Source: Octopus sinensis
Taxonomy: Eukaryota
Length of the DNA stretch: 64,000 nucleotides
Assembly: GCF_006345805.1 (NCBI RefSeq)
Contig: NC_043021.1
Span: 9,858,001 to 9,922,000 of the forward strand
Reading direction: 5' to 3'
The translations under genes were made by a program, and so were the position numbers. The notes below the pieces were generated by a model that did no database searches, was not told the DNA's origin, and was given only the letters and a program-made list of their open reading frames with translations. Below are positions 39,279 through 51,164 of the stretch, piece by piece (the first letter of the stretch is position 1; each line of letters starts with the position of its first letter).

Positions 39279-40830
39279 TAATGCGCCTTAATAGAATTTC
39301 CACTCACATCAATCCCATTCTAAAACGGAGCCAAAACGGTTTCCGTAAAGTCAGATCAACACCACCAAAGATCCATCCTTAGAAGAATTATAGAAGAGCT
39401 CAGAATCTTCCAGCAAAACATCAATTGTATTTATGGATTGCTCAAAGGCATTTGATATTGTCAACAGAAAGACTATGTTCAACAGGGTCTTTCTGAGATA
39501 CTGTAGTTCAGCATATGCTGTTGAACTACGGTATTCCCGATGAGATCGACATCATCATTGCCAATATAAAAAGAATCAACCAGCCTTGTGTCAAGCATAG
39601 ACAATCTAACTAAAGAGTTTCCAACGAAATCAGGAATCCTACAGAATGATACTTTAGCTCTTTTTTTCTTTATCATTGTAGGGGACTAACATCTTGAGAC
39701 AGTCTTGATCTCATCTAAGTTAAATCCGTAGCTGATTCGAAACCGAATCGCTGGATCATCGAGTAAACATCACGGTTTAGTCATAGTCATTTCACGTGAT
39801 CGGCCGATTAACTTATCAATCAGTATCGAGCCATCACCTGATTCGATTGTCTAGTATCTTCTAATAAGGTTTATAAAAAGATTAATTTTTGGCGCTAATT
39901 TCAGAATGCTGACGCTGTTGCGATGATAGTTCCATTCTCATTTCCATTCACCAGCAGTTGCAGAATGTCGAAACAACTCCATACTAGTGTTTCCATTCTC
40001 CAGCCGTGCAGACTGAAGATACAGATTTGTGGTCATGAATTTAGCACGATATTACTCCAGTTGTGACAGCCTAGTCACAGACCTACGCGTATCAGTTATG
40101 TTGTCGTAGCCACCAGAGTTTGTCTTTCCCAGTGTGTATTTATTGTTCTTTTTATTCTTCATCCAAAGACCAACATGGAAAACGCTGTGCAGTAAATAAA
40201 ATTTCTGTTAATTATTAGTGAGTGTCGTTCATTATTTACACACGGCCAATAACCAAACACAATCACCATAAATGAGTACCTTACACGCGACACTAGTGAC
40301 CCTCGACACGAAACACTCTTATCACTACGTCTACCAACACACAAAAATGGCCGCGTACGATATTGGACTCGAACATTTAACCACACGACGGCCATTGAAA
40401 TCAGCCCGACTTATTTATTTACTGCATGAATTTTCAGCCACCAGGAAATAAACACGCGCGCAATGATAGCCCGCTGTAACCACGAGTAAGATCAGCAGCG
40501 GCAGAAGCCAACAGACAGTTTTTCTTAGCACCGCATCCCTTACCACACTAAACTTTGAAGTTGAGACCACTATTGGCTCAGGACTCATCTTCCGTTTTCC
40601 TCGAAACAGCAGTCAAATCTACCGGTCAACACAGACAATTCTTTTCTATTCACAAACGACCAGTCTTTCATCTTCCCATATATTTTCTTCTGTGTGACTG
40701 CTGTTGAAATAAATATATAACAACAAAGAAACATGGCTTCTTCACTTGTCTCATTCTTATCTTCAATATCTCCCGAATTGGCATTGTTTCGTAAGACGAA
40801 CGAATATAGAATTCAAGCGTTAACATATAA

Positions 40831-41049
40831 CAGTGCTTTTCAAACTTTTTGCTGGAGCGGAACCCCAAGGAAATATTCCACTGGCTCGAGGAACCCCTGT
40901 GCAATAATTTAATAGTCTTATGCACACATATCTGCACAGCAGAATTAAAAATTACTGCCGATTTTAGCAGTTTTGTAACTTCTTGCGGAATCCCTGGACT
41001 GTACTGGCGGAACCCTAAGGTTCCGCGGAACCCTGGTTGAAAACCACTG
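40831..41049. mobile_element. hAT-type MITE
   Basis: TIR cagtgcttttcaaac / ggttgaaaaccactg; 8-bp flanks acatataa / atatataa. Confidence 0.85.
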
Positions 41050-41222
41050 ATATATAAGCTTGAGCAGTTGCGACTTTCCGCTCAAATTCACGTGGCCGGG
41101 GAATTTATTGAAAACGTTCTTTCTGTCCTCCGACAAGGTCTTCATTGTTTTGCAGATATCACAATCGCTTTGACATGGATTCATACAAGTGTATTCCACC
41201 CGTCCTTTGAAGTCATCTACTC

Positions 41223-41511
41223 CAGTGATTCCCAAGGTGGGGCCTGAGAAAATTCAGGTGGGGCGCGGGGCATAGACGTGGGCTGTGAAAATATTTGTAC
41301 ATGACGAGCGGTCATCGCGGGCACAACCTTAGATTCAATTCTCAAACTATTTTTTTGTATTTTGAATACAATTTTTTAATTTTTGATTTTTTTTCAATTG
41401 TAAGTAGGCCCACATGTACTTGTAAATGTGAGTGGACATGGGAAAAGGTGGGGCGTAAAAACTTTTGCTATGAAAAAGTGGGGCGCCGGGAAAAAAGGTT
41501 GGGAAACACTG
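41223..41511. mobile_element. hAT-type MITE with perfect 8-bp TSD
   Basis: TIR cagtgattcccaa / ttgggaaacactg; TSD atctactc at 41215-41222 and 41512-41519. Confidence 0.92.
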
Positions 41512-42110
41512 ATCTACTCAATCGCAGGAAAACGCCGTCGCCAGTTATTCAAATCGACTACACTCCTGATCTTTTTTGTCTATATCACCATTTTGAAGCA
41601 TCGCTTCCTAGATAATATAGGAGCAGCTTGCAGCATATGTCCTGTTAAATTATGTGATTCACGAAAGCTGTCAGTTATCACCTTGCAAGCTATTAACCAT
41701 TCTTCTATTTCCACTTACGGCGAAAAATCTATCACTCTAGATTTTAATGTGAGCTCAATTCAAGTGGATTTTCATAACTGCCGATATTCCATATCCTGTC
41801 CTTGGTGCCTTTACCTACATCATTTTGGTTTTCTTGTCGATTTATAACACAAGTGATTGATAGATTTGAAAACAGAATTATCTGCGCAGGGTATGTACTC
41901 AAAACCTCTTATTGTTAGTATTCTTCTCTTTGTACCAGATCTAATCGTTATCATACGATCCTTCAGAAATTTCTGAGCATCATTCGCACTGCTTTTGGTA
42001 ACGGGAGTCCGGTATATTCTGTTAAACATCATATTATCACAAAGGGACCTCCTGTTTCTTCTCGACCAGGGCGATATTTCTCCAGTTATGACGACCTAGT
42101 TCACCGTCCT

Positions 42111-42254
42111 AAATTCTATCATCGAGATCTTGTTCCCCAAAATTTGTGGCCGTATGCTAATATTTCACCCTTGTTTATTTATTCACATAAACAAGGGTGA
42201 AATATTAGCATAAGGCTACAAATTTTGGGAAACAAGATGTCGATGATAGAATTT
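42111..42254. repeat. 68-bp near-perfect hairpin with 8-nt loop
   Basis: Arms 42111-42178 and 42187-42254, about 4 mismatches. Confidence 0.9.
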
Positions 42255-42462
42255 GATTCCACTATATATTCGAACAGGATTTTATTTCATCAATTCTGGG
42301 AGGAAATGTAAGGCCGAGTTACCCTGGTGGATTTGTACTCAGAATGTACAAGACCAGAACCAAATCCCCCGAGAAGTTATGTTGTAGCCACCAGAGTTTG
42401 TCTCTCCCAGTGTGTACAAGTTGATTTTAATTCTTCACTCAAAGACCAACATGGAAAACATT

Positions 42463-42916
42463 CTTCTTCTAACCGCTCAGTCGAAGTCGACTCTCGGTCA
42501 TTCGTTGGATCAGTGTCCTCCAGTCAGTTCTATCCTGGGCGCTTCTTTCAGACTGGCTATGTCCATTCCGGTATCACTCTTGATGGTGTCAAGCCAGCGG
42601 GTTCTTGGTCGGCCTCTTCCTCTCTTGCCACTGACCATTCCGAGCATGATGTCCTTCTCCGGGGATTTTCTCCGCATAATATGACCGAAATATGCCAATC
42701 TATGCTTGGTGATCCTAGCTTCTAGCGACATTTTCGGCTTTATCTGCTTAAGAACTTCTCCATTGGTGAGCCTCGCTGTCCATGGAATCCGTAAAAGTCT
42801 TCTCCAACACCAAAGCTCGAATGCATTAATTCTCTTCTGGTCAGCTTTCTTTAGTGTCCAGGTCTCGCATCCATATGTTGCTATTGGGAAGACAATTGCA
42901 TTCACCAATCTGCATT
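42463..42916 (-). mobile_element. Young 5'-truncated RTE/BovB-like LINE (ORF2 C-terminus)
   Basis: KCRLVNAIVFPIATYGCETWTLKKADQKRINAFELWCWRRLLRIPWTAR...YFGHIMRR...GKRGRGRPRTRWLD; (GAA)n tail; 11-bp TSD tggaaaacatt at 42452-42462 and 42917-42927; one 1-nt deletion near the end. Confidence 0.93.
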
Positions 42917-43019
42917 TGGAAAACATTATGTGCAGTAAATAAAGCTTCTGCTAATTGTTCGTGAGTGTTCTTTATCATTTACACGCAGCCAATAACCAAA
43001 CACAACCATTATGGACGAA

Positions 43020-43800
43020 CACCTTACATAAAACAGATCCATCAAGCAGAAGCGTTCAAAGCATCAGCAAAGTGTATCTCTTTGACCTTGACTATATTGA
43101 TAATCTTAGCATCACAGCTCATCAAATGTATGCAAGATCCTTTGAGAATGCAACAGCTGAAGTCGATATTTCTCAAAGCAATGACCATCAGTGAAGAAGA
43201 AAGCTTTCATATTTCTTTACTGCCCGCAAGGGGCTAAACACAGAGGATACAAACAAGGACAGACAAACGGATTAAGTCGATTATATCGACCCCAGTGCGT
43301 AACTGGTACTTATTTAATCGACCCCAAATGGATGGAAGGCAAAGTCGACTTCGGCGGAATTTGAACTCAGAACGTAACGACGTGCGAAATACCTATTTCT
43401 TTACTACCCACAAGGGGCTAAACACAGAGAGGACAAACAGGGACAGACAAACGGATTAAGTCGATTATATCGACCGCAGTTTGTAATTGGTACTTATTTA
43501 TCGACCTCCGCGGAATTTGAACTCAGAACGTAGCGGCAGACGAAATACCGCTTAGCCATTTCACCCGGCGTGCTAACGTTTCTGCCAGCTCGCCGAAGAA
43601 GAAAGCTTTCTGCCAAATTGCTCCAACGATTGAATACTACTCAAGGAAGTCTGATGTTGCTAATAGTAAAAAACCTTTATACTCAAGGGACTAGCCTGGA
43701 GTAATTAATTACCTGTGAGAAAAGAATTTGAATAAAGGGAGTTGCCGAGATTATCATAAAGCAATGCCTGGGGTTCCTGGGAGAGTTGACCAAAGAATTT
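43020..43800 (+). mobile_element. Continuation of the old RTE relic (YADD region onward)
   Basis: KVYLFDLDYIDNLSI corresponds to LxDLDFADDIA; later NAWG..LTK-like remnants; split by the SINE dimer. Confidence 0.6.
43209..43594 (-). mobile_element. Dimeric family-A SINE with 16-bp TSD
   Basis: TSD gaagaagaaagctttc at 43193-43208 and 43595-43610; internal junction tagtaaagaaata|ggtatttcg. Confidence 0.9.
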
Positions 43801-44114
43801 GACATACAGCTACGACTAAAGGCGGTGCTCCAGCATGGTCACAGTCACATGACTGAAACAAGTAGAAGTGTAAAAGAGTAATATCTAATTATAAAAGTAT
43901 AACGGGATTCTTTTAAAAGACTGAATGGTATTGAAGGTCCTGTAGAGTAAAATGGAAATGAACGGGGTCCACAGGCAAAAAAATGGCTGAGACCACTGAC
44001 GTAGAAGCTCCTGCGTTAGCTCGTGGTTAGTCTTAAGATTTGTGCATTGTTGGAGCAACTAAAGGAAATAAAATAACTCACCATTTCGGGGGTTCAATTT
44101 CGTCATAGACTGAT

Positions 44115-44345
44115 AATGACAAATAATTCTTTCAACTATAGACACAAGGTCAGAAATTTGAGGGGAGGAGGGGCTTGTCGATTAAATCAGTCCTAGTACT
44201 CGACTGGTGCTTATTTTATCGACTCCGAAGAGATGAAAAAGCAAAGTCAGCCTTGGTGAAATTTGAACACAGAACGTAAAGAACCTGAAAAAATGCCGCA
44301 AAGCACCGTTTCAGACGTACTAACGATTCTGTCAGCTCGCTGGTT
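44115..44345 (-). mobile_element. Family-A SINE
   Basis: Head gagctgacagaatcg, B-box gttcaaatttcacc, central ttttcatctcttcggagtcgataaaataagcaccag. Confidence 0.8.
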
Positions 44346-45145
44346 TGATAATGGCAAGCAGTAAAACTTCAGAATATTGTTACTTTAGATTTGCAACTTT
44401 GGTGATGGAGAGACAAATGAAAACTCTTGGAACACTGAAATCTTCTGGTTAATGTGGAAGCGTCACGTTCAGCGTTCTACATCAGGGTTAGGGCAATTTA
44501 CAGTTGCTTACATGGCGAGTTAGGCAAGTACTAATTTTAGACAATGGCGACGAAGAAAGTCAGCAAACACTCGTGCTTAGTAATGGTGTTTAGGAAGCTG
44601 TTCGGAAACACATTGGAAAGGGAAAGCTTTCACTACCTCATGGAATAGGAAAAAAAGCAAGGAATTGGATGATTTTCTTTCATTTTTTTCTTCTGAGTAT
44701 TCCTGCCTTTCATACAACAGGAATTCCGACTGTGAAAGAAAATTTTTCAGGATTTTTAAAAATATATATTCCTCCTCCCCATCACCAATTCCATATTCTG
44801 CCCTTATCCTTCGCCATAGCTAGTGATAGCTTTTCCAAAACCACATAATAGTTAAAGTTGGGATAAGTAAAATTATGCTCCGTTTATGGCTTGATACTGA
44901 CAGAGCATGAAATAAGCATTTTTGTCGTAATGTTTACAAACGAATTTTGCATATTTAACGCGCTGGAATACGATATCGTAGGATGGAGGCAGGAAAGACG
45001 AACCAGTGCTTCGTATGCGTATGATTTTCATTTAGTATTTCAAGTTTTCGATGAAATGAAGATTAAGTTCTTATTTTACTCTGTATGACGTATTGTTTAC
45101 AAATAAAGCGACGCTTTTGCTTTCGTTTGGAGATTTGAATTTCCC

Positions 45146-45207
45146 ATGCCTGTCACTGGCTGTCATATAAAAAATAAAGTCTCCAGAGATGTCCTAGCCG
45201 AACTACT
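45146..45207 (+). CDS. Possible first coding exon of a plus-strand gene (MPVTGCHIKNKVSRDVLAEL)
   Basis: ATG to donor CT|gtgagt with no stop, in CpG-rich unique sequence; no downstream exon convincingly identified. Confidence 0.2.
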
Positions 45208-45596
45208 GTGAGTCAAAATTCCGCTGGAATCTTCTTGTCACATTTCTAGAATGAATAAAGTAAAGATCAATATAATGAGGTTGAGTTAATCAGCAATGCT
45301 CATTTGTTATAAGACTGGCCTTGTGTTCAGCGAAGAAGAAAATGTATAAATATGGCTGCGAATCGTAGCCATTGATTTCGCTCTTCACTGCGAGAGTGTA
45401 AAATGATATTAATCAATTCATTATAGGGAATAAGAAAAGCAACACAAACAGTCTGTGCCGACGGATTTATAATTGATATAAATCGATTGAGAAACTACTA
45501 TTCACTGTCTCATGTTCGCATTTATATGTGTGCGCGCCTGTCTATGTGTCTGTATGTGCGTATGTATTGCAGACAATTAAAATAGCAGTCAGTAAC

Positions 45597-45646
45597 ATGA
45601 GGTAAGAATATATTCGTATGAAGCCGACAGTTTGCTACCTAGCAAC
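45597..45646 (+). promoter_or_regulatory. Strong donor ATGAG|gtaaga plus X-box-like palindrome
   Basis: Donor at 45601/45602; ttgcta-cc-tagcaa at 45632-45645 resembles an RFX X-box. Confidence 0.25.
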
Positions 45647-45952
45647 TCAGAGTCTCAAGTAATGCGTTCGTTCAGGCAGACGGAGAGAGAGACAACCGAA
45701 TAACATGACTAAGCCACGGAAACTCCGAGTAGCCTTGGCTTAAATTATCAAGTACATACATGTACACGCACGCACACACACAGAGCCATTTTAGTATATG
45801 TATGTGTGTGTGTGTTTGCTTGATAATCATTCAAATCTGAAAGATTTATTGAACCTATCTTGTGTAACTGAGTAAATTAAAGTATGCTTTTTTGACTCAG
45901 AATATTTCTCGTATAATTGCATCTTCGAGTTAGATTGGATAGAGTCAACAGC

Positions 45953-46075
45953 GGATCTTTTCACTTTGACCGGCAGATTTTAAAAATAATTTCTTTGAAA
46001 CTAAACATTTTAAAACTTCGTATACTGGTAGAATGTGTCACATAAAACATCTTGCCGGTCAAAGTGGAAAGATCC
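45953..46075. mobile_element. Small MITE with ~25-bp TIRs
   Basis: ggatctttttcactttgaccggca / tgccggtcaaagtggaaagatcc; interior similar to 55165-55250. Confidence 0.75.
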
Positions 46076-46159
46076 TAAACATCTTTTACTCAGTGTAACG
46101 TATATTTTAACAAATTTCACTTACCCTCTGTGCACTATGTTTCACTTTATTAGCCATCT

Positions 46160-47880
46160 TTTGAAATATTTCAAAGATTATCATACATTTGAGGGAATAC
46201 AGGAAATAGTTGACTGGTTTGCTGTGGCAGCTCATGTATTTGGGTAACAATTCAAGATTCAAATGTGATGAGTGCCAATAAGCCACTTAAATGGGTCAGG
46301 TCATCTTGGAAATGCAGTACATTTTAAGAGTACTCTTGATGATGAAATCATTGTTAGAATATTTAAGGTGACAAATGCTTTTGGAAAACTTTCGCATTGT
46401 TTGTGGGATTAACGTAGTGTCAGTTCAAAGACTAAAATAAGTGTATACAAATCTTGTATTTCGAGCACAGTTTTGTATGGGAAGAAGTATGGATTTCCTA
46501 CTATAGACATATGAAGAAACTTGAAACCTTTCACATGTGCTGTCTGTGCAATATAGGTAACATAAAATGTCAATGTTAGAAAAAATGACAAAGTAACACC
46601 ACCTGGGGAACTTTTCATGACTTAATAGCACCAACTGTGATGTAGAACACATTTTTGATTTGCTGCAAAATCGAACTTTGACCCCAAAAAACCCCACTAT
46701 GTCAAGCTTCCAGACAAGCATGCAAGCAAAAAGGCAAGCATGCAAGCAAAAAGGCAAGCAAGCAAGGAGGTAGCTACGCAGGCAGGTAGTGTGTTAATGC
46801 TAGTAAGACACAGCATCCAGACAAAATGGCTGAATTCCAGCGACTGCCAAATAAATGTTTACCTTGCAGATGCTCAGCTGAGATGAAAATCTGTCAAGTA
46901 CAGTGTCCACAACACTGCACTCAAGGGTCCCAGCAAAAAAAGGGACAAGACATAGGACTGGCTGTTTTGAAGTGAGCTCAGGTAAGATCACTGCTGTCAA
47001 TGAAGTAAAGTATGCTGCACTACTCTAACACAAACACTACCTCAACCTGGCAACCCTGAAAGAGCTAAGGACAGCAAGATGTAAGGCAGAGACCACAGCC
47101 AGCTAACAGCAAATGGCTACTGACTACAGCTCAGTGAAGGCTTCAGTCATCAAGTGATACAGATACATCTGTAGAGTATATGAAAAGACAAAAAAACTAT
47201 TAACCCATCTAGAGTAAGAGAGCACCTTTGAAAACCATAATAAGAAGGGACCATCAAACACAAAGGAAAGCATATAAAAAGAGGGATTGGAGTACTGCTT
47301 TTAATTCTTGAGCAGCATCAGGAGGAACTGATGATGCCAAAAAGCTAAACGAAGCCATCAAAAGTGACTGCAATTAATTACAGAAGAATTTCTTTGCAGA
47401 GCATTGCTGGGAAAGTCTTCCTCTGCATGGCACTGAGAAGGCTGCTGAAAATCCTCAAAGAGTATATCTCAAGTCCCTATCTAGTTTCATGTCAGAACAT
47501 TCAACAGTCAACACAATCTGCTAACTTGAAAAACTTGAGAAAAGTAGAGAACAAAGATAACAATTTGACATCATTTTCACTGAGCTCTCCTTCCCTGCCT
47601 CCACTGACAAAGGCCTTTGACCAATGACATAGCAATGGGTTCTCAGTACTCAGGGGCAAAAACACTTTCAACACTGTTACATTAATTAACAGGTATGATA
47701 AGTAAGAAAACTTTCCACACCTTCACTTGTGTATCAGAGGGTGACTACCTCCTTGTATCTCCTTGTTATGCCTCAAACTTTGACCTTTGAAGACCTTGAC
47801 AGGATTCTCAGAATAGTTCAATGATTCTACACAGATGTGAAGGACATCATTCAGTTTGGTGTCTCTTCTTCAAAGACCTT
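46160..47880 (+). mobile_element. Decayed RTE LINE fragments (46160-46600 and 46800-47880)
   Basis: STLDDEIIVRIFKVTNAFGKL, TKISVYKSCISSTVLYG, NYRRISLQSIAGKVF, KAFD. Confidence 0.8.
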
Positions 47881-47891
47881 CAACAGATAGA

Positions 47892-48418
47892 TACCATAAA
47901 TCCTCAAGTATAATCCACATTTTTCTCCCCAAATTTAGAGGTCAAAATCCCTAGTGCGTACTATATATGAGGTAAAAATGAAAAATATTTTCTAAGCAAT
48001 GTCTGAGTCTCTATTTGCTGTCTGGTAATGTTTATTCAAATGCATTTTGTGATGTCGAGTGTGAAAATACCTTAAGCTAAGCCTGAAAGCAAATGAAGTC
48101 ATGAAAAGAATCATCCATAACTTGTAGTAAGCAACATTTATTAAAATAAAAGTATTCAGAACACAGAATAACATGTAACAAAAACAATTTGCAAACATAT
48201 TTACATTCCCATATAACAGTTAAGAACATCACCATTATTCTATTACGCATGCGTGGAAGTGTTTGTTCAACTAGGTGCTGCTGGCTTAATTATGCACGAC
48301 TCAAGTTAGAGAAGGGGTGCGTATTATACACAAGGTTTAGGTTTTTCAGAGGTACAGCCCCCTAAAAATCCCCTGCGTATTATACTCAAGGGCGGACTAT
48401 ACTCGAGGATTTACTGTA
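47892..48418. mobile_element. Tc1/mariner-pogo-type MITE inserted in the LINE relic
   Basis: taccataaatcctcaagtataatcc / ggactatactcgaggatttactgta, TA ends. Confidence 0.75.
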
Positions 48419-48459
48419 CTCAGCATCTATTTTACCAAGTGTGCCTTTGGAGCATCATC

Positions 48460-48779
48460 TGATTGTGTCTATTTTCATTAAGCTAGTGTTGGGAACATAA
48501 ATTGTGACTAAGGTTTGGTGGAGAATTTTAATTCAGAACTTTTGAAAACAAGACATTTGTACTATAGAGCCTGAGGCGATTTCAGCTGGGTTGGTATCAA
48601 AAGGGTTAAATATAACAAGAGATTTAGTAAAATAACTTAGTTTATCATTAAGCTAGTGTTAGGAACATAAATTGTGACTTAGGTTTGGTGGAAGATTTTA
48701 ATTCAGAACTTTTGAAAACAAGACGTTTGTACTACAGAGCCAGCGGCGGTTTCAGCCGGGTTGGTATCAAAAGGGTTAA
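48460..48779 (+). mobile_element. TTAA MITE family 2, 3' part tandemly duplicated (~170-bp period)
   Basis: gtatcaaaagggTTAA at 48609 and 48779; matches 8953-9181. Confidence 0.8.
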
Positions 48780-48994
48780 TTCCAATGACGTAAGAAACGT
48801 AACTGTATTGTCACTGTTAATTACATTTAAACAAATATCCTATACAACATAATTCCTTTCAGATGTTCTTTTATCTTTTATCTGACTGTCATTCTGTGTG
48901 CACCTATACAGCCACAACAGATGCCGCACTGCTGTCAGCAGGTGACATGATTTCTTCAGGCACAGATCCATGGTCTCTTGAGACCAACAGATGC

Positions 48995-49037
<43 letters not shown>

Positions 49038-49251
49038 CTTTATTTTGTTTCAGTCATTTTGACTGTGACCATGCTGGGGCATCACTTTGAAGGGTTTTAG
49101 CCAAACAAATCGACTCTAGGACTTATTTTTTGTTAATTTTTGCCAAACTGCTAAATTATGTAGATGTAAACACCACCACCGGTTGCTAAGTGGTGGTGGG
49201 GGATAAGCACAGACACAAAGATACACGCACGCACACACACACACACACACA

Positions 49252-49282
<31 letters not shown>

Positions 49283-49405
49283 TCTCACACACACACTCTC
49301 ACACACACACACGCATGCATATATGATAGACATCTTTCAGTTTCCATCTACCTAATCCACTTGGAAGACTTTGGTTGGCATGAGGATATAGAAGACACTT
49401 GCCCA

Positions 49406-49606
49406 GGGCAACGAGCTAGCAGAATCGTTGGCGCGCCGGGTGAACTGCTAAAACGGTATTTTGTCAGTCTTTACGTTCTGAGTTCAAATTCCGCCAAGAT
49501 CGACCTTGCCTTTCATCATTTCGAGGTTGATAAAAAAGTACCAGTTGAACACTGAAGGTCGATGTAATCGACTCACCCCAAGCTTCCCTTGTGGCAAAAA
49601 TTTGAA
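49406..49606 (+). mobile_element. Family-A SINE nested in a family-B SINE, 18-bp TSD
   Basis: atagaagacacttgccca at 49388-49405 and 49607-49624. Confidence 0.88.
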
Positions 49607-49976
49607 ATAGAAGACACTTGCCCATGGTGCCATGCAGTGGGACTGAACCCTGAACCATGTGGCTGGGAAGCAAGCTTCTTACTACACAGCCATGCTTGCG
49701 CCTAGAGTTCTTTTATTCGTTTACTCTTCTACTTGTTTCAGTCTTTAGACTGTGGCCATGCAGTCTAATGAGTTTTTTTAGTTGAATTGATCCCAGTTCT
49801 TATTTTAAAATCTGATATTTACTCTGTCAGTCTCTTTTGCTGAACTGCTGAATAATGGTAACATAAACACACTAACACCAGTTGTCAACCAGTGGTGAGA
49901 GACAAACACAGATGCGAAGACAGACACACGCACACATGCACGCACACATATGTACGATGGATTTCTTTCAGTTTCT

Positions 49977-50390
49977 TATTTCTTTATTGCCCACAAGGGG
50001 CTAAACATAGAGTGGACAAACAAGGACAGACAAAGTGATTAAGTCGATTACATCGGCACCAGTGTGTAACTGGTACTTATTTTATCGACCCTGAAAGGAT
50101 GAAAGGCAAAGTTGACCTCAGGGAATTTAAACTCAGAACGTAGCGGCAGACGAAATACCTATTTCTTTACTACCCACAAAGGGCTAAACATAGAGTGGAC
50201 AAACAAGGACAGACAAAGGGATTAAGTCGATTACATCGACCCCAGTGCGTAACTGGTGCTTAATTTATCGACCCCAAAAGGATGAAAGGCAAAGTTGACC
50301 TCGGTGGAATTTGAACTCACAACGTAATGGCAGATGAAGTACTGTTAAGCATTTTGCCCGGTGTGCTAACGTTTCTGCCATCTTGCCACC
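49977..50390 (-). mobile_element. Dimeric family-A SINE nested in a family-B SINE, 15-bp TSD
   Basis: tttctttcagtttct at 49962-49976 and 50391-50405; same internal junction as 43209-43594. Confidence 0.9.
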
Positions 50391-51164
50391 TTTCTTTCAG
50401 TTTCTGCCTACCAAATCCACTCACAAGGCTTTGGTCAGCCCAAGGATATAGCAGATATAGTATATATTGCTCAAGGTGTCACACAATGGGACTGTACCTG
50501 TAACTATGTGGTTGGGAAGCAAGCTTCTTACCACACAGACACACCTGTTGATTACAATTCTGACAGACATCTATCTTGTAAAAGAGACAGCCATTCCTTT
50601 GTATCCTTTTTTCCAGTTTCATTTCATTGCTGAGATTTGTTTGAATATTCATAAAATATAAGGGTAACCAACTATAGAAACCAAGCCAAAACAGACAGGA
50701 GCCTGGAGCAGCTCTCCAAAATTTGAAACTATTATTTAACTCTGATCTCAGCTGACTTGAGTGGCTTCACTTTCTAGATCATAAAATGAAACATTGCCAA
50801 ATAAGACGTCTGTTTCTGTAATTAGAAAATTAAGCTGGATAAGTTTGATTTGTCAAACAATTAGATCTTATGTGAGTGAACGATGGTAGTATGGTGATTA
50901 AGCAAACAGACATGAATGTTTGTAGGTGAGATTGAGATTTTTAAGTGCATAAAATATCTGCACCTCTGACATATCATTCTATGTCTACATGTTCCTCCAA
51001 ATCTGACTTGCTGTTTTCTTTTGAAGACTGTTTCTCGCTCTCTTTCTCTCTGGCACATTAGGTATGGGGAGCTCAGGTAATGTGATAATAGGTCAAGAGA
51101 CACAATAGCTGGTGTATTCTTGCCAGTCCAACATTTGGAAGGGTTTGCCACGCAGAAGTAGCAA

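Larger units (their letters stand above)
37600..39710 (+). mobile_element. Old RTE-type LINE ORF2 relic (interrupted)
   Basis: TGPFLREELQNA..PDNIS, KKDDLHLSHNYTGITL, INPILKRSQNGFRK, RRIIEE, FMDCSKAFD, YGIPDEI, GILQNDTLA match RT domains 0-4 of non-LTR elements. Confidence 0.85.

Noticed and set aside
40560-42032. Harbinger-like and FLYWCH-like peptide remnants on the minus strand
   Set aside because: Only loose compositional resemblance; needs a profile search to support.
40098-43030. LTR retrotransposon bounded by the two ~190-bp direct repeats
   Set aside because: No PBS, polypurine tract, TSD or gag/pol between them.
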